A stretch of DNA of 64,000 nt, from assembly GCA_045221575.1 (NCBI GenBank), contig JBGUWU010000005.1:5433-69432 (forward strand), in the 5' to 3' direction. Shown piece by piece: positions 36,858-45,560 of the stretch. A model generated the notes under the pieces. That model did no database searches and was not told where the DNA came from. It saw only the letters and a list, made by a program, of their open reading frames with translations. Numbering within the stretch: the stretch's first letter is position 1; each line of letters starts with the position of its first letter. Source of the DNA: Bacteroidales bacterium (GTDB lineage Bacteria; Bacteroidota; Bacteroidia; Bacteroidales; P3). The translations under genes were made by a program, and so were the position numbers.

Positions 36858-38093
36858 ATGAAAACAGTTGTAAAGAATATAAAAAGCCTTGTTCAAGTAG
36901 AGGACAAGGCTCGTAAGTTTGTACGTGGCAAAGAAATGTCTGAGGTTAAGACCATAGACAATGCTTATCTATTAATAGAAGACGATAAAATAGCAGACTT
37001 TGGTACAATGGACAATTGTCCAAAAGCAGACAAAGAAATAGATGCAACAGACAGAATGGTTTTGCCTGCTTTCTGTGATTCACATACTCATTTAGTTTAT
37101 GCAGGAAGCAGAGAGATAGAATATATAGATAAGATTAAAGGCCTGTCATACGAAGAAATAGCAGAGAGAGGTGGAGGTATCATTAATTCAGCTTTGCGTT
37201 TGCAACAAACTTCGGAAGAAAAACTGTATGAAGATGCAATGCAAAGACTGAATACTATAATGAAATATGGTACAGGTGCTGTTGAGATAAAATCAGGCTA
37301 TGGTTTCACAACAGAAGCAGAACTAAAGATGCTTAGAGTTATAAGACGTTTGAAAGAAAACTCTCCTCTTACAATCAAAGCTAACTTCCTTGGGGCTCAC
37401 GGAATACCTTTGGAATACAAAAACAATGTTGATGCTTTTGTAGATAAGATAATAAATGAAATGATTCCAAAGGTTGCAGACGAAGGATTAGCAGACTTTA
37501 TTGATGTATTCTGTGACAGAGGTTTCTTTACAGTAGAACAAACAGACAGAATGCTTGAGGCAGGAGTGAAACGTGGTTTAAAGCCAAAGATTCACGCTAA
37601 TGAACTTGCAGCATCAGGCGGAATACAAGTAGGAGTAAAGTACGATGCTTTAAGTGTTGATCATTTAGAATACACAGGCGATGAAGAGATAAAATGTTTG
37701 CTTGATTCTAATACAATGCCAACAATACTTCCAGGAGCAGCCTTTTTCCTTAATATGCAATATGCTCCTGCAAGAAAGATGATAGAAGCTGGTTTGCCTA
37801 TCGCTATGGCTTCTGATTATAATCCTGGTAGTAGTCCAAGCGGAAATATGCAGCTTGTACTTACTTTTGCATGCGTTAATTATAAACTATTACCACAAGA
37901 AGCTATAAATGCTACAACAATAAACACAGCATATGCTATGGACGTTGTGGATTGTTTAGGTTCTATATGCAGAGGCAAGAGAGCCAATTTCTATATCACA
38001 ACAAAAATACCTACTTTAGAATATCTACCTTACGCATACGGAGAAAACAAAGTATATAAGACTTTCCTTAATGGGAAAGAAGTCGTTTGTTAA
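36858..38093 (+). CDS. hutI: imidazolonepropionase
   Basis: 411 aa. Amidohydrolase motifs DSHTHLVYAG, KIHANE and ASDYNPGS. Confidence 0.9.
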   Translation: MKTVVKNIKSLVQVEDKARKFVRGKEMSEVKTIDNAYLLIEDDKIADFGTMDNCPKADKEIDATDRMVLPAFCDSHTHLVYAGSREIEYIDKIKGLSYEEIAERGGGIINSALRLQQTSEEKLYEDAMQRLNTIMKYGTGAVEIKSGYGFTTEAELKMLRVIRRLKENSPLTIKANFLGAHGIPLEYKNNVDAFVDKIINEMIPKVADEGLADFIDVFCDRGFFTVEQTDRMLEAGVKRGLKPKIHANELAASGGIQVGVKYDALSVDHLEYTGDEEIKCLLDSNTMPTILPGAAFFLNMQYAPARKMIEAGLPIAMASDYNPGSSPSGNMQLVLTFACVNYKLLPQEAINATTINTAYAMDVVDCLGSICRGKRANFYITTKIPTLEYLPYAYGENKVYKTFLNGKEVVC

Positions 38094-38118
38094 TACAAGA
38101 ACTAAAAGTATTTTACAT

Positions 38119-38157
38119 AAAAAGGGGACAATCTAAATGATTATCCCCTTTGTTTTT
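38119..38157. terminator. bidirectional terminator between convergent hutI and the M6 protease gene
   Basis: Hairpin aaggggacaatc / gattatcccctt (1 mismatch), flanked by an A run on the left and a T run on the right. Confidence 0.7.
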
Positions 38158-38175
38158 ATTCAGTGAAGGTTTAAA

Positions 38176-41100
38176 CTATTCTATTATTAGTTTTTTGTTT
38201 GTATTGCCTATTCTGATATAATAAACACCAGAAGAAAATTCTGTAACATTTATTGTTATCTTATTATCTCCCTGATGTAAAACAGAAGTATAGCGTATTC
38301 TTCCAAACTCATCTACTATTGTTAGAGTTTCTTTTGCTTTAAGTCCCTGAGCAGATATTGATACATAGTCTTTTGCTGGGTTTGGTAAGATATTTACTAC
38401 TATATCGTTCTTTAGCTCATTTAAAGAAGAAGTCCAATAATGATTATATATGGTTACAGTGCTATCACAACCATAGATACTTGACAATGTTAAGACAGTA
38501 GTGTCTATTTGCTCTGTATTACCTGATGAATAAGTAGTATCGTGTATAATTATATCATAAGTAGGCATAACATTAAGAGAAAGTATTATAATTGTGTCGC
38601 AAGCATTAGCATGTCGTATTGTATCATAATATACTCCTGTTTGAGTTTGTCCCATATATGATTCACCTTCACAAATTGTCTGCTCAATAGGAATAGTAAC
38701 CACACAAGGATTGGATCCTGTGCTTGAAGTGTCTAATGTAGTGAAGGTTATTACTGCTGTTGGACCTTGAACTTCATTAGCATTGAATGGGAAGACATAT
38801 ACCTTGTATTCAGTGTTAGGAATCAGTTCTTCCATACTGAAGGACATTGGGTTGTAAGTTTTTGTCCAACCATTGTCCAAACAATATTGTAGAATTAAAT
38901 TGTCATTTGTAAGTCCTAAGTTAGTAAAGGCTGTTGTTGAACCTTGAACTTCATAATAATAATTAGTTTGATCGTTTATAGTAATGCCAATATCTGCACT
39001 TGTTGTTGTTATGTTAGAAACATTAAGTGTTGCTATTGCAGTGCCTATTCCTCCTTGTGTTAATAAAATATTATAAGAAGTTTTTATAAACACTGTATCT
39101 CCGTAACCTATTGCCCATACGACAATTTCATAATCTGTATTTGGGTTTGTGTAATAAGCTACTGTATCGTTCTGTGTATATTCATCAATGTAGTTGTTCT
39201 GTATTAAATAACGCAAAACTTCATTCATAGACAAATTGTATTGATTTGCAAAATTCTCAATAGTATTATCTGCATAACGCGTTGCATAGTATTTTTGACA
39301 ACTTTCATTCATAGTATAAGACCATTGAGAAACTAAAGAACCATTATAATAGAATGTATCCACATCTGATATTGTTACATAAGGAGCAGTTATTACTGAA
39401 TCTAATGTTGTGAATGTTATATGATGAGGAGTACCCATTGTTCCGCTTGCGTTGAAAGGTATTGCCCAAAGAGTATATTCTCTGTTAGGTATCAAATCAG
39501 TCATACTTAAAGAAAGGTCATCGTATGTCTTTGCCCAATCATTGTCGATACAAAACTGAACAATATCTGTTGCTGTGGTAAGATTGTTGTTAGTAAAGGC
39601 TGTTGTTGTGCCTTGTATATAATAATAGTAAAACGTTTCACTGTTCTTTGTTACAGCAACATCTGCAGAAGTAGAGGTAATATTTGAAACGCTTATATTA
39701 GCGGTTGCAAGTCCTGTTCCTCCTTGACTAAATGGAATATTAAATGTTTGTTTAATAAATACTGTATCTCCATTTCCTATCGCCCAAATGATTATTTCGT
39801 AATCTGTATTATAGTCAGCATAGTAAGCAACAGTGTCATTTGCTGTTCTTTGTGTTATATAATTATGTTGGATTAAATAGTTTAACACCTCATTCGCCGT
39901 AAGGTTATTAGCAGAAGCGAAGTCTTCAATTACATTATCTTGATAGAAACCTGCATAATAACTTTGACAATTTTCATTCATAGTATAAGACCATTGAGCA
40001 ACCAAAGAGTTGTTATAATAGAAAGTGTCTATAGTTGAAATATCTACATTTGGAGCGTAAGGGTTTGGAGCGATGAATGTCTTTGTGTAAATAACAGAGT
40101 CCCCTGCTGTAGTTATAACCATTAAATCCAATTCATATTCTTGTCCAACGGTTAAGTTAGACCACCACCAGTTCCATGTGTCCAAAGAAGTTATGTTACT
40201 ATAAGAACCATTAACAAAGTAGTTCATAACATAAGGACGTGTCTCATCCCAATAAGTAGCATAGTCATTTAACCAATTAGGATACCAAAGATAACGAGTA
40301 AATTTACTCGCATTAGAGTAAGGAGTAAAATCAAAGTGGGTATAAACTGTTCCATCTTCTCCTATTGTTACGTAAGGCTCTGAAATATCCATAGCTCTTG
40401 TATTAACAGATTTGATAGAAGAAAGCATTAATGTTCCATCAACATAAGCAAAAGCACGATAGTAATATTTACCTGAACTTAGATTAGAGACCAGTACAGA
40501 TATTTCTTCACCGTTGCTATTGTCATAAATGGCATTGTTACTATTAAAAGGACAAGACGCATTGGTTGAATAAACAATACCTTTGGAAGTAACATTATGA
40601 GAACCTACATTTTCTAAGTATCCTGTAGCAAGGAAACCATCAGGATAAGTATCTCCAGTAGGTGTTTCATTAACTTCTATTTCTAAATTAGAAGAATTGT
40701 AGTTAAACGCCATAGTATTATTAGAAGTATAATGAATACTTGTAACGCTGAGGTTAGGTATTAGTGTACCATCATTAAGTTGAGGAGCATTAGGCGAATT
40801 AGGAGAGAACGAATTAATATTAGATATAGAACCAAAAGGAGCGTATGCATTTGTGCCATCATTATAAACGCCTGTAGAAGGTTCAATAAACCAGCCTCTT
40901 TCACTTGGAGTAACGTTTATTGTATTGTTTCCGTATGTTAGCCAATTATTAATCTTTACCCTATCTCCATGATATATAAGCATACCTTCACCAGGTATAA
41001 ATAAATCCCAGCCAGCTTTTTTTCTCATTTCAAAGATAAAGAACTCATCACTGTTAGGTACTCCCACATAATATCCTGTATCTGCTGTTCCATTTATTGC

Positions 41101-42249
41101 CCTAAGTCTTGCATTATCTCTTGGAGAAGAAAGAGTGTCAACAGTAACCCAATTGGTTATTATCTTTTCTCCAACAGAAAGATAAGGAGGAGTATCACCA
41201 TTATTATTGTAAGAACCACTTGCCATTAAATCATAAGAACCTGTAGATACTGAGTTTCCGTTTGATCCTTCATAGTCTGTATCATAGTTGTCTGGAAAAC
41301 CAAGAACATGACCAAATTCATGACACATTGTTCCTATTCCGTCCATTTGAGTAGAGTTTCTTTTCTCGGCAGAACATGAATAAGTCCAGATAAGAGTATT
41401 ATCTTTATACACTTGATACATCCACAAAGCCCAACGATGAGGCCAAATTTCATCATCGTTACCTGTGGAAGATTCCGGAGTGCCTGCATAGATAATATGT
41501 ATTCCATCAACTTCTCCATCATTATCATTATCAAAGTGAGAAAAATCTACATCTGGGTCCGCTAAATCTATAACATCTCTAACAAAATTTTGAAGGTTTT
41601 CATCTTCATTGACATTGCTTCCATAGTAAGCCATAGTGTTTGATAAAGTGTAAGGACCTACAACTCTAATAGCCATATTGAATTGATTGTTAGAGTTATC
41701 AAGATAGTAATCTCTTACACTTCCATAGCCATTGTAATTAGGTTGTGAAACCAAATTAACAAAGTTTTGGTTAGTATAAGTAAAAGGAACATCAGAAAAA
41801 CCAACTAAAATAACCAAAAGACTATCTGTTCCAATAGAAGGAAAATTATTTGTTCTTAAAGGAGAGCCTTGAGGTGCATTCCATTGGTTTATTTTGTTTG
41901 TTATCTGAGTAGAAGAGAAACATAAATTCCTACTAATATTTGAAACAAAGGCTAATTCATTAGCATCTCTTTCTTCTGCATTACTTGCAAGAACAGAAGA
42001 TGCGATCATATTACCTCTTTCATCTAAAACAGCATAAACAAAATCTCCATTAGCATTCTTTAAAAGAGAATAGCCATCAAGAGTTTTTGCCCAATGAACT
42101 TTTTCATCTCCTTGAAGAATAAAGGAAAGAGTCTTCCCATTGCTTTGTTTAACAGTTATTGCTTTTTGTTTTGCAGGAATAGCAAGAAGCGAAGATACGC
42201 TAAAAAGCAAAACCATGACAAACGTAAAAAATAATTTTGTTGTTTTCAT
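38176..42249 (-). CDS. secreted M6-family (immune inhibitor A-like) zinc metalloprotease with tandem internal repeats and T9SS C-terminal sorting domain
   Basis: 1357 aa with a signal peptide and zincin motif HEFGHVLGFPDNYD. Two ~220-aa tandem repeats. C-terminal LPNPAKDYVSI...SGVYYIRIGNTNKKLIIE is a type A T9SS CTD. Confidence 0.8.
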   Translation of the reverse strand: MKTTKLFFTFVMVLLFSVSSLLAIPAKQKAITVKQSNGKTLSFILQGDEKVHWAKTLDGYSLLKNANGDFVYAVLDERGNMIASSVLASNAEERDANELAFVSNISRNLCFSSTQITNKINQWNAPQGSPLRTNNFPSIGTDSLLVILVGFSDVPFTYTNQNFVNLVSQPNYNGYGSVRDYYLDNSNNQFNMAIRVVGPYTLSNTMAYYGSNVNEDENLQNFVRDVIDLADPDVDFSHFDNDNDGEVDGIHIIYAGTPESSTGNDDEIWPHRWALWMYQVYKDNTLIWTYSCSAEKRNSTQMDGIGTMCHEFGHVLGFPDNYDTDYEGSNGNSVSTGSYDLMASGSYNNNGDTPPYLSVGEKIITNWVTVDTLSSPRDNARLRAINGTADTGYYVGVPNSDEFFIFEMRKKAGWDLFIPGEGMLIYHGDRVKINNWLTYGNNTINVTPSERGWFIEPSTGVYNDGTNAYAPFGSISNINSFSPNSPNAPQLNDGTLIPNLSVTSIHYTSNNTMAFNYNSSNLEIEVNETPTGDTYPDGFLATGYLENVGSHNVTSKGIVYSTNASCPFNSNNAIYDNSNGEEISVLVSNLSSGKYYYRAFAYVDGTLMLSSIKSVNTRAMDISEPYVTIGEDGTVYTHFDFTPYSNASKFTRYLWYPNWLNDYATYWDETRPYVMNYFVNGSYSNITSLDTWNWWWSNLTVGQEYELDLMVITTAGDSVIYTKTFIAPNPYAPNVDISTIDTFYYNNSLVAQWSYTMNENCQSYYAGFYQDNVIEDFASANNLTANEVLNYLIQHNYITQRTANDTVAYYADYNTDYEIIIWAIGNGDTVFIKQTFNIPFSQGGTGLATANISVSNITSTSADVAVTKNSETFYYYYIQGTTTAFTNNNLTTATDIVQFCIDNDWAKTYDDLSLSMTDLIPNREYTLWAIPFNASGTMGTPHHITFTTLDSVITAPYVTISDVDTFYYNGSLVSQWSYTMNESCQKYYATRYADNTIENFANQYNLSMNEVLRYLIQNNYIDEYTQNDTVAYYTNPNTDYEIVVWAIGYGDTVFIKTSYNILLTQGGIGTAIATLNVSNITTTSADIGITINDQTNYYYEVQGSTTAFTNLGLTNDNLILQYCLDNGWTKTYNPMSFSMEELIPNTEYKVYVFPFNANEVQGPTAVITFTTLDTSSTGSNPCVVTIPIEQTICEGESYMGQTQTGVYYDTIRHANACDTIIILSLNVMPTYDIIIHDTTYSSGNTEQIDTTVLTLSSIYGCDSTVTIYNHYWTSSLNELKNDIVVNILPNPAKDYVSISAQGLKAKETLTIVDEFGRIRYTSVLHQGDNKITINVTEFSSGVYYIRIGNTNKKLIIE
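38731..40056 (-). repeat. intragenic tandem duplication (2 x ~220 aa) in the M6 protease gene
   Basis: Unit 1 starts APNVDISTIDTFYYNNSLVAQWSYTMNENCQ (40056 downward). Unit 2 starts APYVTISDVDTFYYNGSLVSQWSYTMNESCQ (39387 downward). The offset is 669 nt = 223 codons. Both end ...ITFTTLD. Confidence 0.85.
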
Positions 42250-42274
42250 TGTTACTTATTTTTTTATTTGTTTG

Positions 42275-42282
42275 CAAAGATA
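42275..42282 (-). promoter_or_regulatory. Bacteroidota -7 promoter box (TAnnTTTG)
   Basis: Plus-strand caaagata = TATCTTTG on the minus strand, 26 nt upstream of the M6 protease ATG (42249). Confidence 0.55.
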
Positions 42283-42321
42283 ATATATTCAAGTGTAACA
42301 CACTACTTTTTTGCAAAAAAG

Positions 42322-43572
42322 TTATTTAGTGATAATGTTTTCTGCACAGAGTTTGGCAGTAGAGAAAGCTATTTGCAGGTTGTAGCCTCCTGTGTCTGCG
42401 TCTAAGTCTATCACTTCTCCACAAAACGATAGGCCTTTTACTAATTTGCTCTGCATATTTTGAGGATTTATCTCCTTTAGGTTTATTCCTCCCATAGTGA
42501 TAATAGCTTCTTTCCAACCCATATCGCCAACGATAATCTGTTTTCTTTCTTTCATATACCAAACAAGAGTGTTGTAGTCTTCTTCTTTTAGGTTCTTAGC
42601 CATTGATTTGCCATTGAATTTACATACTTGTAAAACGTCTTTAACCAAAGGCTTTGCGAACCATTTCCTTAATACTGAAGCTATATCTTCTGTTCTTCTT
42701 TGTGAGAAAACTTGGCGAATCTCCTGCAAAAGTTTTTCTTTACTTATTTTAGGTTTAAAGTCCAAACAGAGAAATAGTTTTGCTCCTCTGTTTAAGTCTT
42801 TTGCTACAATACGAGAAAGGGAAAGCATAACAGGACCGCTTAATCCATATTCATCTAAATAAACATCACCAAAAAGTTTGGCTACAAGTCTTTTTTTGTC
42901 ATCGCTTATGCTTACCTCACAGTTTTTAACTAAAAAATCTTGTAACTCTCTTGGGTATCCATTAGATGTTCTTAGTCCAACCAAAGCAGGCAAAGGCTCA
43001 ACAATACTATGTCCTAATTCTTCTGCAAGATAATAACCATCACCTGTTGAACCTGTAGAAGGATAGGTTGCCCCTCCTGTAGCCACAACAACATGTTCTC
43101 CAAAAAAACTTCCAATAGAAGTATTTACACCAACAACTCTATTTTTTCTAACTATAAGATGTTCTACCTCGCAATTCTTTTCTATATGGACAAGAGGACT
43201 CTCTTCCAAAGGTTTCAAAAGAGTGAGGAAAACATCTAAGGCTTTACCACTCTTAGGAAATATTCTTCCGCCTCTTTCTTCCACAAGTTCTAAACCTCTT
43301 TTTTCAAAAAAAGAAATTATGTCTTTATTTGTTAAAGAATCAAAAGCAGGTTCAAAAAACTTAGGCGAAGAGATATGTTGAAAATACTCTTGTTTTGCTT
43401 TTGAGTTAGTTATGTTGCAACGACCTTTACCTGTTATCCTAAGTTTTAGTCCCGCTTGATGTTTTTTCTCTAAAAGGATAACATTCTTGCCTCTTTGCAT
43501 TAAGATATTAGAAGCAAAAAGACCTGCAGCACCTGCTCCGACTACTATTATGCTATTGTTGTTGGTATCCAA
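42322..43572 (-). CDS. FAD-dependent oxidoreductase, HI0933/YhiN-like flavoprotein
   Basis: 416 aa. Dinucleotide fold IIVVGAGAAGLF at residues 8-19 and GRCNITN. Apparent TTG start. 20-nt overlap with the era 3' end. Confidence 0.75.
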   Translation of the reverse strand: MDTNNNSIIVVGAGAAGLFASNILMQRGKNVILLEKKHQAGLKLRITGKGRCNITNSKAKQEYFQHISSPKFFEPAFDSLTNKDIISFFEKRGLELVEERGGRIFPKSGKALDVFLTLLKPLEESPLVHIEKNCEVEHLIVRKNRVVGVNTSIGSFFGEHVVVATGGATYPSTGSTGDGYYLAEELGHSIVEPLPALVGLRTSNGYPRELQDFLVKNCEVSISDDKKRLVAKLFGDVYLDEYGLSGPVMLSLSRIVAKDLNRGAKLFLCLDFKPKISKEKLLQEIRQVFSQRRTEDIASVLRKWFAKPLVKDVLQVCKFNGKSMAKNLKEEDYNTLVWYMKERKQIIVGDMGWKEAIITMGGINLKEINPQNMQSKLVKGLSFCGEVIDLDADTGGYNLQIAFSTAKLCAENIITK

Positions 43573-44431
43573 AGTGTTTTAAATCTTTAAGATTGTTTCG
43601 CCAATTCTCTTTAACTTTGACAAAGAGTTTAAGATAACATTTTTTATTGATAAACTTTTCTATGTCTTTTCTCGCCTCAGTGCCAAGTTTTTTTATCATC
43701 TGTCCTTGATGTCCGAGTATTATCCCTTTTTGACTCTCACGTTCTACATATATAACGGCAGAAATATAGTCGGTGTCTTCTTTCTCCTTGTATTCATCAA
43801 TAGAAACCTCACAAGAATAAGGTATCTCTTTATTATAGTAAAGCAAAATTTTCTCTCTTATTATCTCAGAAGCAAAGAAACGCATGCTTTTATCAGTTAG
43901 CTCATCTTTAGGGAAGTAAGGAGGATTCTCGGGCAGAAGTTCCATTATTGTTTCAAATATCTTGTCTAAGTTGAACTTCTCTGTAGCAGAACAAGGTATA
44001 ACCTTAGCTCTTGGAATAATATTCTGCCAATAAGATACCTTTTCGTTTATTCTCTCTTGCGAAGAAAGGTCTATCTTGTTTATTATTAAAATAACAGGAA
44101 CTTTGGAATTAATGATGTATTCCAATGTCTTCTCATTCTTTAGGCTTTCTCCAACTTCGGTAACCAAAAGAAATATATCCGCATCTTTCAAAGCTGAAGA
44201 AACAAAAGCCATCATCTGCTCATGTAACTTATAATGAGGATTAACTATGCCAGGAGTATCAGAATAAACTATCTGAAAATCATCGCCATTGGCTATACCC
44301 ATAATCCTATGTCTTGTGGTTTGAGCCTTGAATGTTGTTATTGAAAGGTTCTCCCCTACTAAAGCATTCATAAGAGTACTTTTGCCAACATTGGGATTGC
44401 CTATGATATTTACAAAACCAGCCTTATGCAT
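43553..44431 (-). CDS. era: GTPase Era
   Basis: 292 aa. G1 GNPNVGKST, G3 DTPG, G4 NKID, C-terminal KH domain. Confidence 0.95.
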   Translation of the reverse strand: MHKAGFVNIIGNPNVGKSTLMNALVGENLSITTFKAQTTRHRIMGIANGDDFQIVYSDTPGIVNPHYKLHEQMMAFVSSALKDADIFLLVTEVGESLKNEKTLEYIINSKVPVILIINKIDLSSQERINEKVSYWQNIIPRAKVIPCSATEKFNLDKIFETIMELLPENPPYFPKDELTDKSMRFFASEIIREKILLYYNKEIPYSCEVSIDEYKEKEDTDYISAVIYVERESQKGIILGHQGQMIKKLGTEARKDIEKFINKKCYLKLFVKVKENWRNNLKDLKHFGYQQQ

Positions 44432-44449
44432 AAATAAATATTATATTAA

Positions 44450-44492
44450 AACCTATAAAGGCTTCAAATCCTCAAAGGATTTTGAAGCCTTT
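44450..44492 (-). terminator. putative terminator downstream of tRNA-His
   Basis: Hairpin aaggcttcaaatcc / ggattttgaagcctt (1-nt bulge) at 44458-44491, followed on the minus strand by a T-rich tract. Confidence 0.55.
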
Positions 44493-44501
44493 TCCCCTAA
44501 G

Positions 44502-44576
44502 GGTACCTTGTGAGATTCGAACTCACGACCTTCGGAACCACAATCCGACGTTCTAACCAACTGAACTAAAGATACC
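44502..44576 (-). tRNA. tRNA-His (anticodon GTG)
   Basis: Reverse complement GGTATCTTTAGTTCAGTTGGTTAGAACGTCGGATTGTGGTTCCGAAGGTCGTGAGTTCGAATCTCACAAGGTACCC folds as a cloverleaf by hand. It has a 7-bp acceptor stem, D stem GTTC/GAAC, anticodon stem TCGGA/TCCGA with loop TTGTGGT, T arm GTGAG-TTCGAATC-CTCAC, and the His-specific extra 5' G(-1) opposite C73. No encoded CCA. Confidence 0.9.
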
Positions 44577-44594
44577 ATCTCTAAAATCAGTTTG

Positions 44595-44602
44595 CAAAAT
44601 TA
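44595..44602 (-). promoter_or_regulatory. Bacteroidota -7 promoter box (TAnnTTTG) for tRNA-His
   Basis: Plus-strand caaaatta = TAATTTTG on the minus strand, 19 nt upstream of the tRNA 5' end. Confidence 0.55.
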
Positions 44603-44751
44603 TAAAGTTTTATTTAATTGACAAATTTTTTTCTCTTCTTTTTTAATAAATGGAGGAAATATTTTTTAATTACAAGGCTATTTTCTTTTGTTTTTATAAA
44701 TTTTCTTCTCACTTTTTATTAATGAATATGAACATTTGATTATAAAAAATT

Positions 44752-44785
44752 AAAATCAACTCTTTTTAGCAAAAAGAGTTGATTC
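44752..44785. repeat. palindromic copy of the 16-mer repeat (AAAATCAACTCTTTTT-agc-AAAAAGAGTTGATT)
   Basis: 14-bp perfect stem aatcaactcttttt / aaaaagagttgatt with a 3-nt loop. The 16-mer is identical to 55633-55648 and to the reverse complement of 8465-8480. Confidence 0.85.
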
Positions 44786-44794
44786 TAGAAAAAT

Positions 44795-44828
44795 AAAACT
44801 TGATTTTAATTTATTAAAACTTGATTTT
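44795..44828. repeat. direct repeat AAAACTTGATTTT x2 (8-nt spacer)
   Basis: Copies at 44795-44807 and 44816-44828. ttgattttaatttattaaaacttg resembles 8473-8496. Confidence 0.75.
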
Positions 44829-44848
44829 TTTTTTGAAGCTTAAAAGTC

Positions 44849-44894
44849 CGCATACATAATAATGATTTTCTTATAGGGGGAAATTATGTATGCG
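44849..44894. repeat. 46-bp inverted repeat, left copy (itself a 13-bp-stem hairpin)
   Basis: cgcatacataataatgattttcttatagggggaaattatgtatgcg matches the reverse complement of 45282-45327 at 44 of 46 positions. Confidence 0.85.
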
Positions 44895-45281
44895 GATAAC
44901 TTTTTGATTATCAGGTATAATAGAATTTTACTCGCATAAAGAAATATTTTTTTGAACTCAGTATATTATGTAATTGTTTTTTTAAAGTTAGTATTCTTTA
45001 TATCAATACTTTACAAACGCTATCTATATTTATGCTATAGTCTGGCTTTATATTAAAGGTTTTAAAGAGATAAAAGATAAAATAACTTGAACTTTTTCCC
45101 TTTTGTTTTTTTTGTATAAAGATTTTAATTTATTAATAATCTGTAGTTGTCGTTCTTCATCTTAAGTATAGGATTTGTTAAGAATTGTTTTGAGATTGTA
45201 TTATTAAATCTTCAGTAAGAACAACGATAATTTTTTTTATGCGGGTATATTTTTTATCTATAAGAGAATCAGTGTTTTGCT

Positions 45282-45327
45282 CGCATACATAATTTTCCCC
45301 TATAAGAGAATCATTATTATGTATGCG
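45282..45327. repeat. 46-bp inverted repeat, right copy
   Basis: cgcatacataattttcccctataagagaatcattattatgtatgcg. The two copies are separated by 386 nt of AT-rich sequence with no ORF. Confidence 0.85.
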
Positions 45328-45560
45328 AGTGAATTTTTCTAAATTTTTAATAAATCTTGCAACAAAAAGTATTTTTTTAGTAATACAAGAAATAATTCTT
45401 CTGTCATTATATCCTTAAAAAAATGCAAAAAAATGTAAAATTTTCTTAGTGTAAATCAATAGGTTATAAAAAAATACAAAAAAAGTTTTATTTTTTCTGC
45501 GAACTTTTGAGTTTTTTGCGTATTAATAATATAGAATAGTATTATTACAACAAAAAGTAG

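Noticed and set aside
36476-36896. Two minus-strand ORFs (36476-36658, 36648-36896) overlapping the small lipoprotein gene.
   Set aside because: The plus-strand ORF has a promoter box, a lipobox and tight coupling to hutI. The minus-strand ORFs have neither a promoter nor recognisable features.
44895-45281. Confident call of a phase-variable invertible promoter.
   Set aside because: No TAnnTTTG/-33 pair was found in either orientation inside the segment, there is no recombinase in the window, and only one orientation is observable in a single sequence. It is reported only as a hypothesis alongside the MITE alternative.
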